DNA from: Piromyces finnis finn
Taxonomy: Eukaryota > Fungi > Neocallimastigomycota
DNA: 64,000 nucleotides
Assembly (NCBI GenBank): GCA_002104945.1
Contig: MCFH01000051.1
Coordinates: 310,001 to 374,000 of the forward strand
Direction: 5' to 3'
Shown here: in pieces, positions 41,734 through 57,200 of the stretch
Position numbering within the stretch: position 1 is the first letter of the stretch
How the letters are laid out: each line of letters opens with the position of its first letter
The notes under the pieces: model-generated
What the model saw: only the letters and a program-made list of their open reading frames with translations
The model's database searches: none
What the model was told of the DNA's origin: nothing
Position numbers and translations under genes: made by a program

Positions 41734-44060
41734 ATGAATAGTACAACATCAAGGACAAACTTCCCTAACGAATGGGATAAAAATAATGAAGGTGCGAAAG
41801 AATTGTATGATATGTGTTATGAATATGTAGAGAATCCAAAAGATTTAGAAGATATGTCCGGTACATCACCATTTTTCATTATTTTTGGATTTGTAATATT
41901 CATATATATTATAACAGTTAACATATGGCTTTTATGTTATTACAAAAGTTATATCTTCAATAGACAATGTGTAAAATATTATTTATGTATGATTTTTGGA
42001 ACATTAGTTCTTTTCATAGATGCCTATATTTTAGAAGTGAGAAATAATTATGATTTAATTATATAAATTTTTTTAGAAAACTAGTAAAATAATGATAATA
42101 CATATAAATTTGTTGGAAATAAAATATAATCTAATAGATATTTTATATTTATTGATTAGATATACTATGGCAGCTATCCATGCTTTGTACATCATTTTTT
42201 CACTTCTATAGGTAAAAAATACAATTTTTTTTACAATATATAATAGTTTTTCTAAATTAAATAATTAATGATTTGAAATTTTTAATGTTTTTTTTAGGAT
42301 ATCCAACTTACTTTTTTTCAATTGGATTTATTATTATTAAATATTATAAATATTATTATAAATCCCAGATTGCATATTTCAATTCATTTTTAAAATATTC
42401 AGAGGATAACCAAAATAACATCATGGAAAAAAAATTTATTTTTAAAAAATTATATACCAATATTAATTCAAAACAGGTATTAAATACGTTAGTAATCATT
42501 AATATATTTAGTATTATATATTCAATTATTATCTATTTTGTTGATCCCTGGATAAAAGAATATGGATTTTGTAGTTTAAAGTAATTTAATATATCATAAT
42601 ATAATACATTTAATTATTAAACAACCCTTATTTTCGAAATAATACTCAATTATTTTTTAAATTATTATTAAGAACTGCATATTTACCACAAGTTTTAGAA
42701 TTTGTAGTCTTTATGTTTCTATTTTTGCCGTTAGCATTAATTGAAGCATTAAAGTTTGATGATAAGTTTAAAATGAAAAAAATAATTATTCTATTGGTCA
42801 TACTAAATATAATATATGGTTTTGGATTTTTCAGTGGTTCCCAATTAAATAAATTTAATTGCTCGAAACTTATTCAATATATACCTCCAGGATTGTAAAT
42901 ATAATAAATTTATAATAAATTTATGTTTTTAATAAATATCTCTAATATATATTATATTTTTAAATTATATAGTTTTGTCATTTTATCCTGTTTTACAAGT
43001 ACTAATTTATTATCAGAAACAATGGTAAAAACCAATATTTATCATAATATAATAATAATTCCATATAATATATATTCAAAAAATTATATATATTTATAAG
43101 CTTTAATAATTTTTTTTATTTTGTCAAATAATTAAAATAGTTAAAGGATATCATACATTTAAATAATAGAAATAAAATTTTAAAAGCAACGTATGAAGGA
43201 ATGATCGAAATGTTAAAAGATAAAGTTCTTTTTAGAGAGTTTGGTGAATTTTGTAGAAACGAAAATTGTGTTGAAAATATTGTAAAAATTATTTCATAGT
43301 ATATATGATAATTACTAATTATAAAGTCAATATTAAATTTTAAAATTATTAATTATATATAAAATAGATATTTGTTCAAGAATATTGGAGATATAAAAAG
43401 TTATTTAATAAGAATGAAAAGATATGTGATCAATCTGATATATCATCTATAATTTTAAGAAATAATGAACAATCGATATTAAAAAGCAATCGAGAATCAT
43501 TAACAACTAAGAGTTCTCGTGAACTTTCAGTATCAAAGACCTTTGCAGATACATCCACGAGAAAATGTAGTAGTGAATTATCAGGATCATTTAATAAGAA
43601 TGAGTCAACACCAGTACAAGTATTACGTCGCGAATCTACAATATCAAAATCAAGTTTTGATTTAAAAACAAATTTAATGACTCGATTAACTCGTACAAAT
43701 TCAATAGCTGGTGCTTCTTCTGTAATATCATCAATATTTCTCAATGACAAGAATGAAAGTAAAACTTATTTATCAGTAATTAAAAAACAAGCTAAAGATT
43801 TTTATGAAAGTTTTATTGGTATAAATGCCATATATGAAATTAATATTCAAAATTGTATTACTAAAAAAATTAAAGAGAAATTAATTATTTTATCTGATGA
43901 TGAAAATTATGATATGACTACTGAAGAAAAAATTGAGAGTTATAGCTTTTTATTCGATAAAGCCTACGAAGAAGTAACAAATAATATGTATTTTAATTCA
44001 TATAGTAATTATTGCCATCAAAAACTAAAAACTAAAAATAAAAAAATAATAAATAAATAA
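41734..44060 (+). CDS. Seven-transmembrane receptor-like protein with C-terminal RGS domain (multi-exon)
   Basis: About seven hydrophobic helices across exons 41734-43020. RGS start FREFGEFCRNENCVENI|IFVQEYWRY; RGS end FIGINAIYEINI...FLFDKAYEEVTNNMYFNSYSNY. GT-AG introns link the ORF-track fragments; the last exon 43368-44060 is in frame. Confidence 0.85.
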
Positions 44061-44253
44061 AGTTTATGATGATGAAACAAAAATAACATTGTTGAAAAAT
44101 ACTTTAATTTTTCTTTTCAATAAGAATTTCAATATTACAACAATATATTATATAATAATAACAATGTAAACAAATACTAATTCATAAATAAATATGTATC
44201 ATAAAATATATAAATGATATAATTAAGGTTAATATTTATTCTTAATAATATAT

Positions 44254-44560
44254 AAATAATATATGTTTTATTAATAACTTTATTTATTATGTTCCAATAT
44301 TTTTATTCTGTCTAAATACTAAAACGTTAATTCTGTCGTTAACTATTAAAACTTAAAACGATAAGTCTTTTAATAATATGAGGCTCACTTAATAATTAAT
44401 TGACCAATAATAAGGCTGGAATTATATGGATTATACATCTACAGTATTATTTTACATTACATGTTCTTACATTGGTCATACATTTGTATTAAATTCTTAT
44501 ATATTATAGTATAATAGAAATAATTAATATTATAACAAAAATATATAAATTTAATATTAA
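44254..44560. repeat. Dispersed ~310-bp repeat, copy B (paralogous to 35691-36022)
   Basis: Same ordered blocks as copy A, same orientation, with several substitutions and indels. Confidence 0.8.
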
Positions 44561-44701
44561 GTTTAATTACTATAAATTTTAGTATAAATACAAATTTGTA
44601 TTAAAACTTTATAGTGAAATATTAATATATTACTATAATAAAGTAAATATTAAAAACTCAAGAACAGATATTAAATATAATAGATTGCATAAATAAAATT
44701 G

Positions 44702-44735
<34 letters not shown>

Positions 44736-45281
44736 AGATGCATAATATTTGCTATTATCTATTCAACTTTAGATTATTGAAAATACTAAACTTTGATTTT
44801 TAAAAATAATAGTTAATAAATATATTTCAAAAATTATAAAAATCTAACTTAAACAAAAATATAGAAAGAAATAAATACTTAGTAACTTATATCAAGTTGA
44901 TCCTATTTATATGCTTATTATTAAATGCTAGAAAAAATATATTTATATTTGATTATATAGTTAAAATATGATATAATAAAATAATATTTAGCCAAAATAA
45001 AGCCATACATAAAATATACATAAAATGTAAAATGACTTTTAATAATAAATAATTATAAAATAAAATAAAATAAAAGTTTAATATTAATTGTTCGATATTT
45101 ATTAAAAAAATATTAATATATATTAATTATTTATTTATATTTATTTATAAGTTTATTATAAGTGAATTAATATTTAAATAATCTATTTATTTAGAAAATA
45201 TTTATATTATTTGTAAAATGTAAAAAAAAAATTTATATAAAGTATAATATTTTATTTTCTATTAAATATTAGGAAGAATAT

Positions 45282-48200
45282 TTAGTAATCTAATTTAAAA
45301 CGTTCTTTGTTTTTGGATTTGTTTTTTCTTTTTTCTTTTTTTGCTTTTTTCTTATTTTCTACTCCTAAATATATACTGAAAGGTATTGCTTGGCTTATTT
45401 TAATTTCACTATATGCATTTTCTAAAGATGATTTTAATGATTCAAGTTCTTCTTCTAAAAATTCATCTAATTTTTTATTCCATAATTCTTTCTTTTCTAG
45501 CAATATAAAAATATCCCAATCATAATGATTAAACTGGTCACTAATTAAATATCTTGCAATCATTTTTTGAACTGCAATGCAAAAATCTTCTTTCCTAATT
45601 TGATTATCTTTATTAAAATATTCATCTAATATTTTTATTTGTTCTTCTGTTAGTTTTTTATTTGCATCTTCAGAAACATATTTAATTATTTTATTATAAT
45701 TTAATTGTTCTATATAATCATATAAAGTTATTAATTGACTTAATTTTAAATTTAAATGATTAGTATTAATAAATTTTTCAAATTCTTTATTCAATTTAAT
45801 AACACTTTTAGGTAATTGCTTTATTTCTTCCAATAAAAATTCCTCACCATTAATGTTTCTCTTATTATAAAAGTACTGGAAAAGAGATTGTATACAATCT
45901 AAAATTATACTGTAATCAAAGTATTCCATAGAATTAGTGATATTAGCTTTATCTTCTTTTGATAATTCTTCTTCAGATTCAATCTTACTTTTAAAATCAG
46001 ATATGATATTGTAATTTTTAGTAAATCCTTCAAATTTATATGAGATAAATCTTTGTTCTTTTTCATTTTTAAATAATTTTTTTCCATTCAATAAGATATT
46101 TAATAATTCATTTTCTATTGAATCAAAATCAATAATAATGCTATTATGATTAGAAAAGTTTATATCATTATTATCTTTAACGAAGTTTCTATAAGAAAAT
46201 GCATTAATTAAATCATCAAAAGAATCATATATATCGTTCTTTATATTAAGAGAAGAAACTTCATTAGAATTTGCATCTTGAATTACTATTTCTTTTTCAA
46301 TTTGATATGAATAAGATTGTATATAGTCTCCATTAGATTTTTTTGGAACTAAACTTCTTAAAAATTCATTATGGTATGTAATACAGTCTTTGTAATATGT
46401 TGCAATATATTTTCCAAAACCATCTTCAAAAGTATCATTTAAAATGTATGCTAAAACACATTCATCATCAATATATTTTTTTTCTAATTTACCATGACAG
46501 TCAATATTAGTTAAATCGGTATATATTTTTTTCCATCCTTTTTTAAAGTATTTAAATAGTTTTTTCATATAATTATCATCTTTAAGCTCATTCTTTATTT
46601 TTATACTTTTGGCTTCATTTCTTGATATCTTATTAGAATATTTTTCCAATACATATACAATAAATGGATTTATTAATTGGAAAGTTTCTAAGAATTTAAA
46701 TTTATCAATTTCTGCAATGGATGCATTAATGTAAGAACTAATAGCAGGATATTGTTGAGCTTTATTTGGTATTTCAATGAATTGATCATAAAATTTTTCA
46801 TATGAAGGATAATCAGATGCATAAAAATACCTAATTAATGGATAATTTTCTAGATTTAGTTTATTAATATTTGAAGTTTCTTCAATAATAGATTGTATTG
46901 TATCATCATTAATTTCAAGAATTTCCTTACTATTATTGATATACTGTTGATATAATTTTTGGAAATTAGCAATAGTATATTCTACTTTTTTATTGCATTC
47001 AGTTTCAAAGAGCATTCTTTCATGGCTATTTTCCATTTTAAATTCATTATTCGATATTAATATTGCAATATCAGGTAAAATTAAATTTAAAAAGCACTGT
47101 ATTTTATTATCAATTCCTTTTTTATTTAATTCAATATTTAATAATTCCCAAATGTCTTTTAAAATTGAGAAAATCGATTGTTTATCATCATCTTCATAAT
47201 AAAATTTAATTAAATCGTTTTCTTTTAAATATTTTAATTTTTCATCAAAGAGAATACAAGAGTAAAATATAAAACTTAATAATCTATATGTTATATTATT
47301 AATATTTCTTACTTCTTTTGTGGGATTAGTGAAATATATTTTTAATACTCTTTTTAATCCAGGTTTCTGAGTATTTTTTAAGATTTCAACTTCTTTTAAT
47401 AAGTCACTAAATAACTTTCCTGGAATGTTTTTATTTTCTGCTTGTTCATTTAAATTTTCAAATATTCTTAAATGGCCTTCTCTTTTATGTAACCTATGAT
47501 TTGTACCTCCAATTATTTTTTTGCAAAAAGAGCAATTACTAGTGGAGTTTGGTTGAGTACAATTATCAATATAATAAGACTTTCCACAACTGCATATGTA
47601 AACGCCACTTTTTTCCATAGAGGCTTTTTTATTATCAAAATATTCTTTGATTTCCTTAGCTGAATCTATTAATATACTATATTCCGGTTCACCTCCTGGT
47701 ATATAAATATTATTTATTTTATCCATTATTTCTGATGATAAAATATTTGAATAAACAGTATTTGGTTTTGATTGTGAGCATATAAATGCAAATTTATGTG
47801 AATATAATAATATTTCATATTCTGATAATGATAAATTTTGAATATTTGATACTTCCTTGAATAAAGATTCATAACTGTATAAAATTGAAACAATACTTTT
47901 TGAAGTTTCTGATATATTTGATTTATTCACAATATTTTGTAAGAAATGACACAATTTTTGATAATATGCATTATCAAATGGTTTTTTAAGTAGACTTGAA
48001 AATTCCTCATTTATAATTACATCATAAAAATTTAAAATTGATATATTTTTAGATAATTTTATAAGTTCTTTATTAGTTTTAAAATTATCTATTTTGCTTT
48101 CTCTATATAATTGCTTTAGTATTTTATAATTTTCATAAGAACCATTTTGAAGGAAAAGATTATTAAAAGAAAATGGAACTTTTTCAGAAAAATCAAAGTC

Positions 48201-51200
48201 ATCAATAAATAATTCTTTTTCCTTTATAATTTCAACTAAATTTTTATAATTTTTAATAATTTTATTTAGCACTCTTAATATATATATTTTTATAACTTTC
48301 CTTAACTTAGTTGAATTATCTAAAAATTCTAATATACTTTCCATGTTTATGTCGCTTAAATCATCATTATTCATAAATATTTTACATAAATGATAGCAGT
48401 AGCATTTTATATATGAAATACAATATAATATTTTTAATTTATTATCTTTGGTGATTTTACAATTATAATTCTCAATAATAGAAATAAAGCTTCTAAATAT
48501 AATAAAAGATTGTTTTAATATTTTTTCTTCATCGTTATCTTTTAAATTAAAGTATTTTATAATGGACTCATCAAATAAATATATCAAAACCTCATTTAAT
48601 ATATCACTTTCAGTTTTATTTAAAAACATAATAATTGGATTGTACTTATCATTTTCTATTTGTGATATGAAATTTACACCCATATTTTCATCTTCATTGC
48701 TGTAATAATTATTGATATAATTATTGATATATTCTTCTTCATCACTACTATAGTTATAAATTTTTTCTTCCTCATCACTACTATAAATAATAATACTTTC
48801 TTCATAGCTACTATTATCGCTTTCATTATTTTCATTTAGAGTATATAAATTTGAGGATATCTTATTAATTATATTTAAATTATATTTTTTAAATATTATT
48901 TCAAATATTTTTTTAGATTTAATAATAAGATCATTATCCGAACAAATAATATTTAACATAATTAACATATAACTTTCATTATTAGATATATTTATCTTAT
49001 TATTTAGCAATTTTACTTTTAAATTCAAACAATTATTAATAGATAATTTTTCATTTAAAAACTCAAATTCTTTGATAATTGGATTTTTAATGTCTTTATT
49101 GTTGGATAATTCTATGTTTGCATTATTTAAATATTCTGGTAATAAATATATTTCATTTTCATTTCTTAAAAAGTCTAAATAAATTTTTAAATTTTCTTTC
49201 AATGGTATTTTTGATTTACTAAATTCTTCCTTTACTTCGATTAAATCTCTTAAGTACAATATTTGTTTCAATGTTAAACCCAAATCAATATTTACTTTAA
49301 TTACAGTGTTAGAAATAATTTTAATTTCTTCAAAAAGTTCATTAAATAATTCATTTGATATAACATTAAAATTGTATTTGTAATTAAGAATGCAATAAAC
49401 TAATGATTCGTACAAATTGAATATTATATCATTTCCGATAGAAATCTTCTTATTAACTTTCATAAATGTATTATCTAATATTTTTAAAATAAACATTTCT
49501 GTAAAATCTATAAAAATAGAATCCATAAAGTTAATAAAATCAACTATAATGATAATATATTTTTGGAATGTTTCGATAAATAAGATAAATTTTGTTAATT
49601 TTTCATATAATAATTTAATATCATTATCACTATATTCTTCATAATCATCTTCATTTTCATTTTCATTATTAATCATTTCAAATAATTGACTTAGTGTATC
49701 AAAGAAACGTAATATTTTCTTATTTTTAAATTTATTATTTGATTTTGATAAATAGTATATAATATAATCTTCAAATAAAATTTGAAGTAATTTCTTTCTA
49801 TCAAGTATATTTAATTTCTTTTTATTGTAATATAAAAATATATCCGCAAAGTATTGTTCATCAAACTTTCTTTTAATATTCATTTCAAATATGTATTTTT
49901 CCTTCTTATAGTCATCTTCACTTTTAGTAATATATAAATTTTCATTTTTGAAATAATCATTTTTTAAGTTTTCAACAATGTATTTGTTAATTTTATCAAA
50001 TACAGGAATAATACATGGGTATGAAATCCCTAAAATTAAATCAATATTAGTTACTTGAGATATGGTTTGAGAAGTTAAGGTAGATTCTTCCTTTAATTTT
50101 TTAATATTTTCTTGATAAATTTTTCCAAAATATTTATTTTTCATACATTTATTAGTAGATAATAATGTAGAAAATATATTAAGATTTTCTAATTGGATTA
50201 AAGAACAAATTATAGCATTCTTATAAATATTTTTCATATGCTTAATAAGAACTGAAATAAAATCAATATCATTTTCTTCAAAATTATATTTTTCAAATAC
50301 TTCCATAATTATATTATTATGAATGGAATTAATTTTGTTTAAGACTAGTGAAAAAATATTTCCCATTAATACTTTATTTCCAATAATTAAATCACATACT
50401 TTATTTATATATTCTTCTTTTGAGATATCAGTAAAATTAATTTTATCATTATAATGGATAAAAGTAAATGAATGATATAGTTCATTTTTAAATTCTTCAT
50501 CCAAGTCTATCAAAGTTTTATTTTTAAATAATTCATTTTTGGAAGCACAGATAATATCGTTTAGGTTTGTTATTTTTCCATTCAAGTTATCAATGAAAAA
50601 TTGTTGCCAATTTGTTAAATGTGATATTAAGTATTCATTTTGTATTCTATCTTCTTCATTTTCAATATTATTTTCATTATTTATTGTAATTCTTTTGATA
50701 TGAATAATTAAAATAATTGGTTTTAATTCATTTTCATTTTTGGATGATTCAATATTTTCTATTAAGTAATTAACATGATTTAGATGTTTACATTCATAGA
50801 CATCAAAATGAATAATGCATAGATTATAGTTATTATTGTTGTAATATTCAATAATACATTCTTCAATATCACTTTCTGAACTATACTGACTAATAAAAAC
50901 ATTATTCGTATTTTCTTTTGTAAAAAGTCCATATTTTTCATTTTCAATATTATTTACTTCAAATGCAGAATCTAAAATATTAGAAAAAGTGTAAATAATA
51001 TGTTTATTAATATTAATTTTTTCCAAATAATATTTAATATTTTGATGTTGTTTTGAAGATTCGAGATAAATGTTTAATATCTTTTGATATTTATTTTTAT
51101 GCTGTTTTCCATATTCAGAATATTTAAAAAAGAATATTATATCTTGTGAAAATGTTGGAACAATTTTATGATATATTTTATCTTCTAGTGTTTCTTTTAA

Positions 51201-54200
51201 TTTATCATCATATATTATATTATTTGTAATTAGTTTCGATTTAATAATATCATTATAATTATTTCTTCTTCTAATTTCATTATTATTTGTCTTATTATTT
51301 ATTAACATTTGATAGATAATACCACAAATTTCTTCTAAATCACAATTAACTAATTCTGATTTTAAATCAATTTTTAATAAATTATTCTTTTTATTACAGA
51401 ATTTATTTATGTCATTAAAAATGTTGTTTGTTAAATTTATTGCTTTAGAATCTAGTAAATTTTCGAATGAAATTATATGTTTTTCAAATCTATTAATAAA
51501 TGGAGGATCTTGTTCATTAATTTCTTTCTTATCTAAAAGAACAATACATCTGAAGTTGTCATTGACTTTATAATTTTGTGTATTGGAATTTCCTAACGCA
51601 ATTCTTGCATAATTGCTATTTCCGACTTTTCTGAAATTTTGATTAAAAAGGTCATATAACGATGGATACATGCTAGATAAGTTCTTTAATACCATTACAG
51701 TATCTTCATTCATAGAAATTTGTACCTTATTTAAAATTTTCGCACTATAATATCCTTTTAATGTATCTTCATCAAAATCACTACCATAATAAAATACATA
51801 ATTTTTACATAATTCTTGTATAATTAATGTAATTAGATATTGACTAATCGAACTTTTTGTTACAATTAAAAGATATCTACTATCTGAATCCTTTATATTA
51901 TTAAGGACACAGTTCATTACATCATATTTACTTATATCGTTAACATTTTGATATAAAGTTTTAAACATTTCTTTAAATTTTTCAATAGAATAATCTAAAC
52001 CACCAAAGTTTCTTTCAATACTTTCCATTAAAATATCATCAATTATGCACTTTTCCGTTGGGAATTTATTTTGAATGAATAATTTTGATAAGATTTTTAT
52101 TAAATGGTAAAAATCTCTAGTACCATGAAATTCTTTAATATTCTTATTGGGTAATTTAAAATTAGTTTTATTATTATTTTTAAATTTTAGTGAATTATTT
52201 TTCAATCCTTCCTTATAATTATAATAAGATGATGATAAATATTCATAATAGATTTTATAATCTTGTACTAATTTTGGATCATAGGATTTAGCAATAGCTA
52301 AAGCTGTATCAATTAAATCTTGTTCATCAGGTTCAGGAATTGAAAGATAGATTCCTCTATTCATTTTAGATGCATCGAATGGCCAATTTGAAATACCAAT
52401 GAATGCTATTTTTCTTTCATTATCATCATATTCTAATTGTGAATGTATTACTTTTAGTGGATTATTTTTGGATACTTCCGCAAGTCCCATCTCGTCAAAA
52501 TAAATTGCTGATATAATTTCATTAGAAGTATTTTTTTCCAGTGACTTTCTTGCTTTTTCAAATATTTTCAAAATACCTTGTGAAGTACTTGTACGTGAGC
52601 CTTGATAAGATTTTGTGTATACCTTTGGGAACTCTCTAAAAAATTCATGAGATGAATTTTTTCCATTCATTGATTTAAAAATTAATTGTGCACTTAATGA
52701 TTTACTGCAACCAGGTTTTCCTATTATAAATAAAGGTATCTTTGTGTTTAAACAAACGAAGATAGCAAACAAGTTTTCTAATAAAGCTTTATTTCTAGCA
52801 ATACCTTTATCCAATTTTACAGCAGTTGCAATTTCATTTTCTATTTTCTTTGGAATATCTTCAAATTTAATTTCATTTTTAAATGATCTTTCCATTTTTT
52901 TTATAAATATTATTCTTTTATTTTTATCAAACAATCTTATATAATAACATAGGTATATACTTAAATTTAAGGAATAAATGTATCTTTTTTCATCATCTAA
53001 CATTTCTTTAAAATTTTTAATTATAAATTTATTTTTTAATAATTTATTACAAAACCATTCAAATAGAATACTTAATCTTCTAATTTCTCTTAAACTAACT
53101 GATGAAATATCAAAATTATCTCTTATATATTTATGAGCTTCAAAAATTGAATCTTCTGCAATTGTATGTATTTTATTTAAAATATACCTATTTTTAATAT
53201 TTCTTTGAAGAAATTCATAGGTGATATTTGATATATACTTTCTAATATCTTTATCATTTGGTGAACCAAAATCAAAAACAAAATTAAGAAGAGAATGAGG
53301 TAAAGGATTAACACTGTAAACAAGATTACTCACAATATATTTTTCATCTAATAACCCAGGAATTTCTCTTTTACTAACATCTACTCTATAAGGATTGCAT
53401 GCAGCAATAAATTTTACGTTTTCTCTGATACTTTCTCCCTTACAAGAATGCTTTAACATAATTTCAGTAATTAAACATAATGAATTACAAGTATTTATTT
53501 CATCAAAAAATATCCAAACCATATCCGTTTTCTCCTCATTATCTTTATTTTTACTAATATCATTAAATAAATTGTTATTTCTTATGAATTGAATAATATC
53601 ATCGTCTTCTGTACCAGCATGAATATTTAATGTATACATTGGAATAGATTTTAAACTTGCTATTATTTTTATTAAAGATGTTTTTCCACAGCCTGTTTCG
53701 CCCATTAAAACTACTGGAATATCAGTTCTAAGAAATAAAGATATTAAGATTAATTTCATAAAATTATCAGCTGTAAATACATAAGATTTTACAATATCAC
53801 TTAAATTTTCTAATTTTTTCTTATTAAATTCTCTTGGGCTTTCTTTATCCATTTCATCAATTGGGTTTAAAAGATTTAAAACTTTTTTAAGTTCAATTAA
53901 AAAATCTCTTGGTTTTAAATTATTATAATCAATAAGATTTCCTCTTTTGGTGGTATAATCAAGGTGATAAACAGCCATTAAATGACCAACTTCATTATCA
54001 TCTCTTTGGTTATTATTAGTAGTCTTTATAATAGAAACAGATTGACCGTCTTCATTGATTAACACTAAGCTTGGTCTTATTTTTTCAAATTGAAATATTT
54101 TTTTGTTTGTTAAATATAATGCAGCCTTTTCCTTTGCATCTTCAATTTTAATATCTCCTTTTTGTTGATTGTGGGTTAATTCTTGATCTTTAATAATATC

Positions 54201-57200
54201 ATTATATGTAGATGTTATGAATTGTTCTATTACTTTAGTCAATGAATCAACAAAAAATTTTCTAAAAGTATATAAATATGGATTGTTAAAAATACGATTA
54301 TAATCAAATAACTGATCAATATTTAAATGATAAGATTTAGAAAGAAGTATTAATTGTTCAGCAAGTATATTAATGAAAGACTGAACTTGATAATAATTTG
54401 GTTCTTTTCTTAAATATGAAAAAATAATATTGGAGCATTCTTTATTACTCATCTGTTTTATTTTAATACTTTGTGGTGTTTTGTTATTTATATTTGGAAT
54501 ATATATATCATATTTATTAATATTATTAATATTATTTAAATAATTACAAACAATTTGAATATTTTGTTCTATTCTTGAAGAAATGATTAATTGTGGCATA
54601 GATTTAGAAGTTATGTGTATATTCTGGAAAAATGATAATATTGGAAACAATACTTTAAAATCTATATTACCATTTGGGATTTCGACTTTAATTACTATTT
54701 CACTACTATAATAAAATTTTCTTTCATTAACAGAATAACATTTTAATATTAAAAATTCATACAAAAATTCCCTTAATACTTCTAATTGTTCACTGTAATA
54801 TAAATCTATATGTAATGCAATTCTTTGACCACTATATTTTAATAATCTATTAATAATGTCCTCTTTATTTATATTATCACCTAAAGGGAAATAAACATAT
54901 GTATATTTAGGATTTTTATTTTTGAAATCATTTTTAATTAAAGTGGACTTTCCTAAACCGGAAATACTACTAGAATATACAATTACATTGGAAAACAACC
55001 TTCTTTTCATTAATTTATAATCATAATATTTATGATATGGTAATTTTTTAATTTCTATAATAGCTTCATCTGTTTTATTTCCTTCTGTATAAATAAAAAG
55101 TAAGCACGAAACCATTTTTTTTGGATCACTAGAATAAAGTTCTTTAAGTAATTCGATTAATATGCTTTTCTTTCTACGACTTAAATTTTCAGGCTTAATT
55201 AAAATAAATAAAATATTTTGATCGCATTTAATACATCTATAAAGAAATGATATTATTTCATCTTCAGTTGTATCATTATTACAATATATGACAGTTTGAG
55301 CAATAGGAAATTCACCTGTTAAACTTAATGAACAATGTATTGTATTTTTTTCTATATTTTTTAAAGAACATGAATGACTATAAATACCCCTTTTTTTTTC
55401 ACCATGTTTTATCATTGCTTTTTTAAATATTGTTTCATAACTTTTATTATTAGCTTTAAATAATTTATTTAGATATGTAATATCATCATCAAACATTTGG
55501 TTTAATGATAGTTTATTTTTATTTATTAGAATGTTTGTTTCAAAATTCTTAATTAAATTACCAGTAATATATTTTAAAATATTATCTCTAATTTCATCAT
55601 CTATACTTTTACTTTTATCTTCATTTTCAATTTTGAAAATTTTCAATAAACTATTGTTTCTATTTCTTCTATTATTTTTAATATAATCATATATAAATCT
55701 AAATTGTCTACCATGAACTATTGTACTAATATAGTCTGACTGATATTTATTTTTAATTATATTTTTTGATGATTAAGAATTATATTTAATTCATTAATAA
55801 CTTCGGTCAAAGTTTCATTTTTATCATTATATTTTGATTTTGAAGCAAGAGCATTTCCATTTTTAATATCAATAGTGTATTCAATATCCTCAAAATAACC
55901 CTTTGAAGATATAGTTTTTAATAGCTTTAATATATCTTGTATATTAGTAATAATATTTGCAAATTCATCATAAACCTCGCCCTTTTTTAATAATGCTATT
56001 GTTCTTAATTCTGATAATTCATCATAATTTTTTATAACATATTTACCATTATTTTTATAAGAAACTTCACATTTATATTCTGGATAATTATTTTTTAAAT
56101 CTATTTTACTATCATTATAAATACTTTTTATATGAGCTTTATTTAATTCATTTGGATTCAAATGATTTGTAAATAATTCGTTAAAATCAGAAAACTTTCC
56201 ACTAGAATTCTCAAATTTAAGTCCAATATCATGATAATGTGAATTGGATTTTATAATATCAATAAATATATCTAAAAACTCTTTTTCACTTTTTTTTTAC
56301 TTTTTTTTGTTAATTCTTTTTGGAATTCAATACAAGTTTCTAATTGATCAATATCATTATATGTTAAATAATTATCTTCAGAATCATCAATAAATTCACC
56401 CATGGAATGAACATCACATATTTGTTTATCTTTTATAAATTCCATTAATTTTGGTTCTTCATACATCTTGTCCATCACTTCAAGTGCTATTATACTATCA
56501 TTGGAATTTAAATCCAATATATTTAAATTTAATAAATTCAAGGAATCATTTATTTTTATTAAATCATATAATGATGAATAATTTTCTAAATTAGTTTTGT
56601 TTTCTCTAAATATTGCTCTTAAATTTTCACCATTTAATTTGAAATCTTCCAAAAGTAAAATAATATTTTCATAATAACGAATATTACTATCTTTATTTTT
56701 TAAAAGTGACAGTTTTTCAATAACTCTATTTTCTTGAGTTTTCTCTATATCAAGAATATCAAGTAAAATATTTACTTCTTTCTCTACTTCGCTTTTTTCT
56801 ATATCTTTAATAATACTTTCTAATAAATCTAATTTTATTTTATTTTCAGTTTTTGAATTGAATAACACTTTTAAATTTAGAAATTCATTTTTTGTTTCTT
56901 CAAAAATGAAAATTTCATCATTATAACCTTCAAACTCTTTCTTTTTGATTTCATTAATTATAATAAATATTTTTGAGTTTTTGAATTTTGTAATTTGATG
57001 AGCTTCATGATATATATTTTTAAAATTGTATATTTCTAATCTTCCATCATCTGGAAAATCACAAATTGGATTATTAATAATTTGCTTTTTCAATTCTTTA
57101 TAATTATCAATTATATCATGTTTTTCATTTGGATAATAATTTGAAAAAACATTAATAATTTCATCAATTTCTCTACTCTTAGTAATACAATAATTCATTG

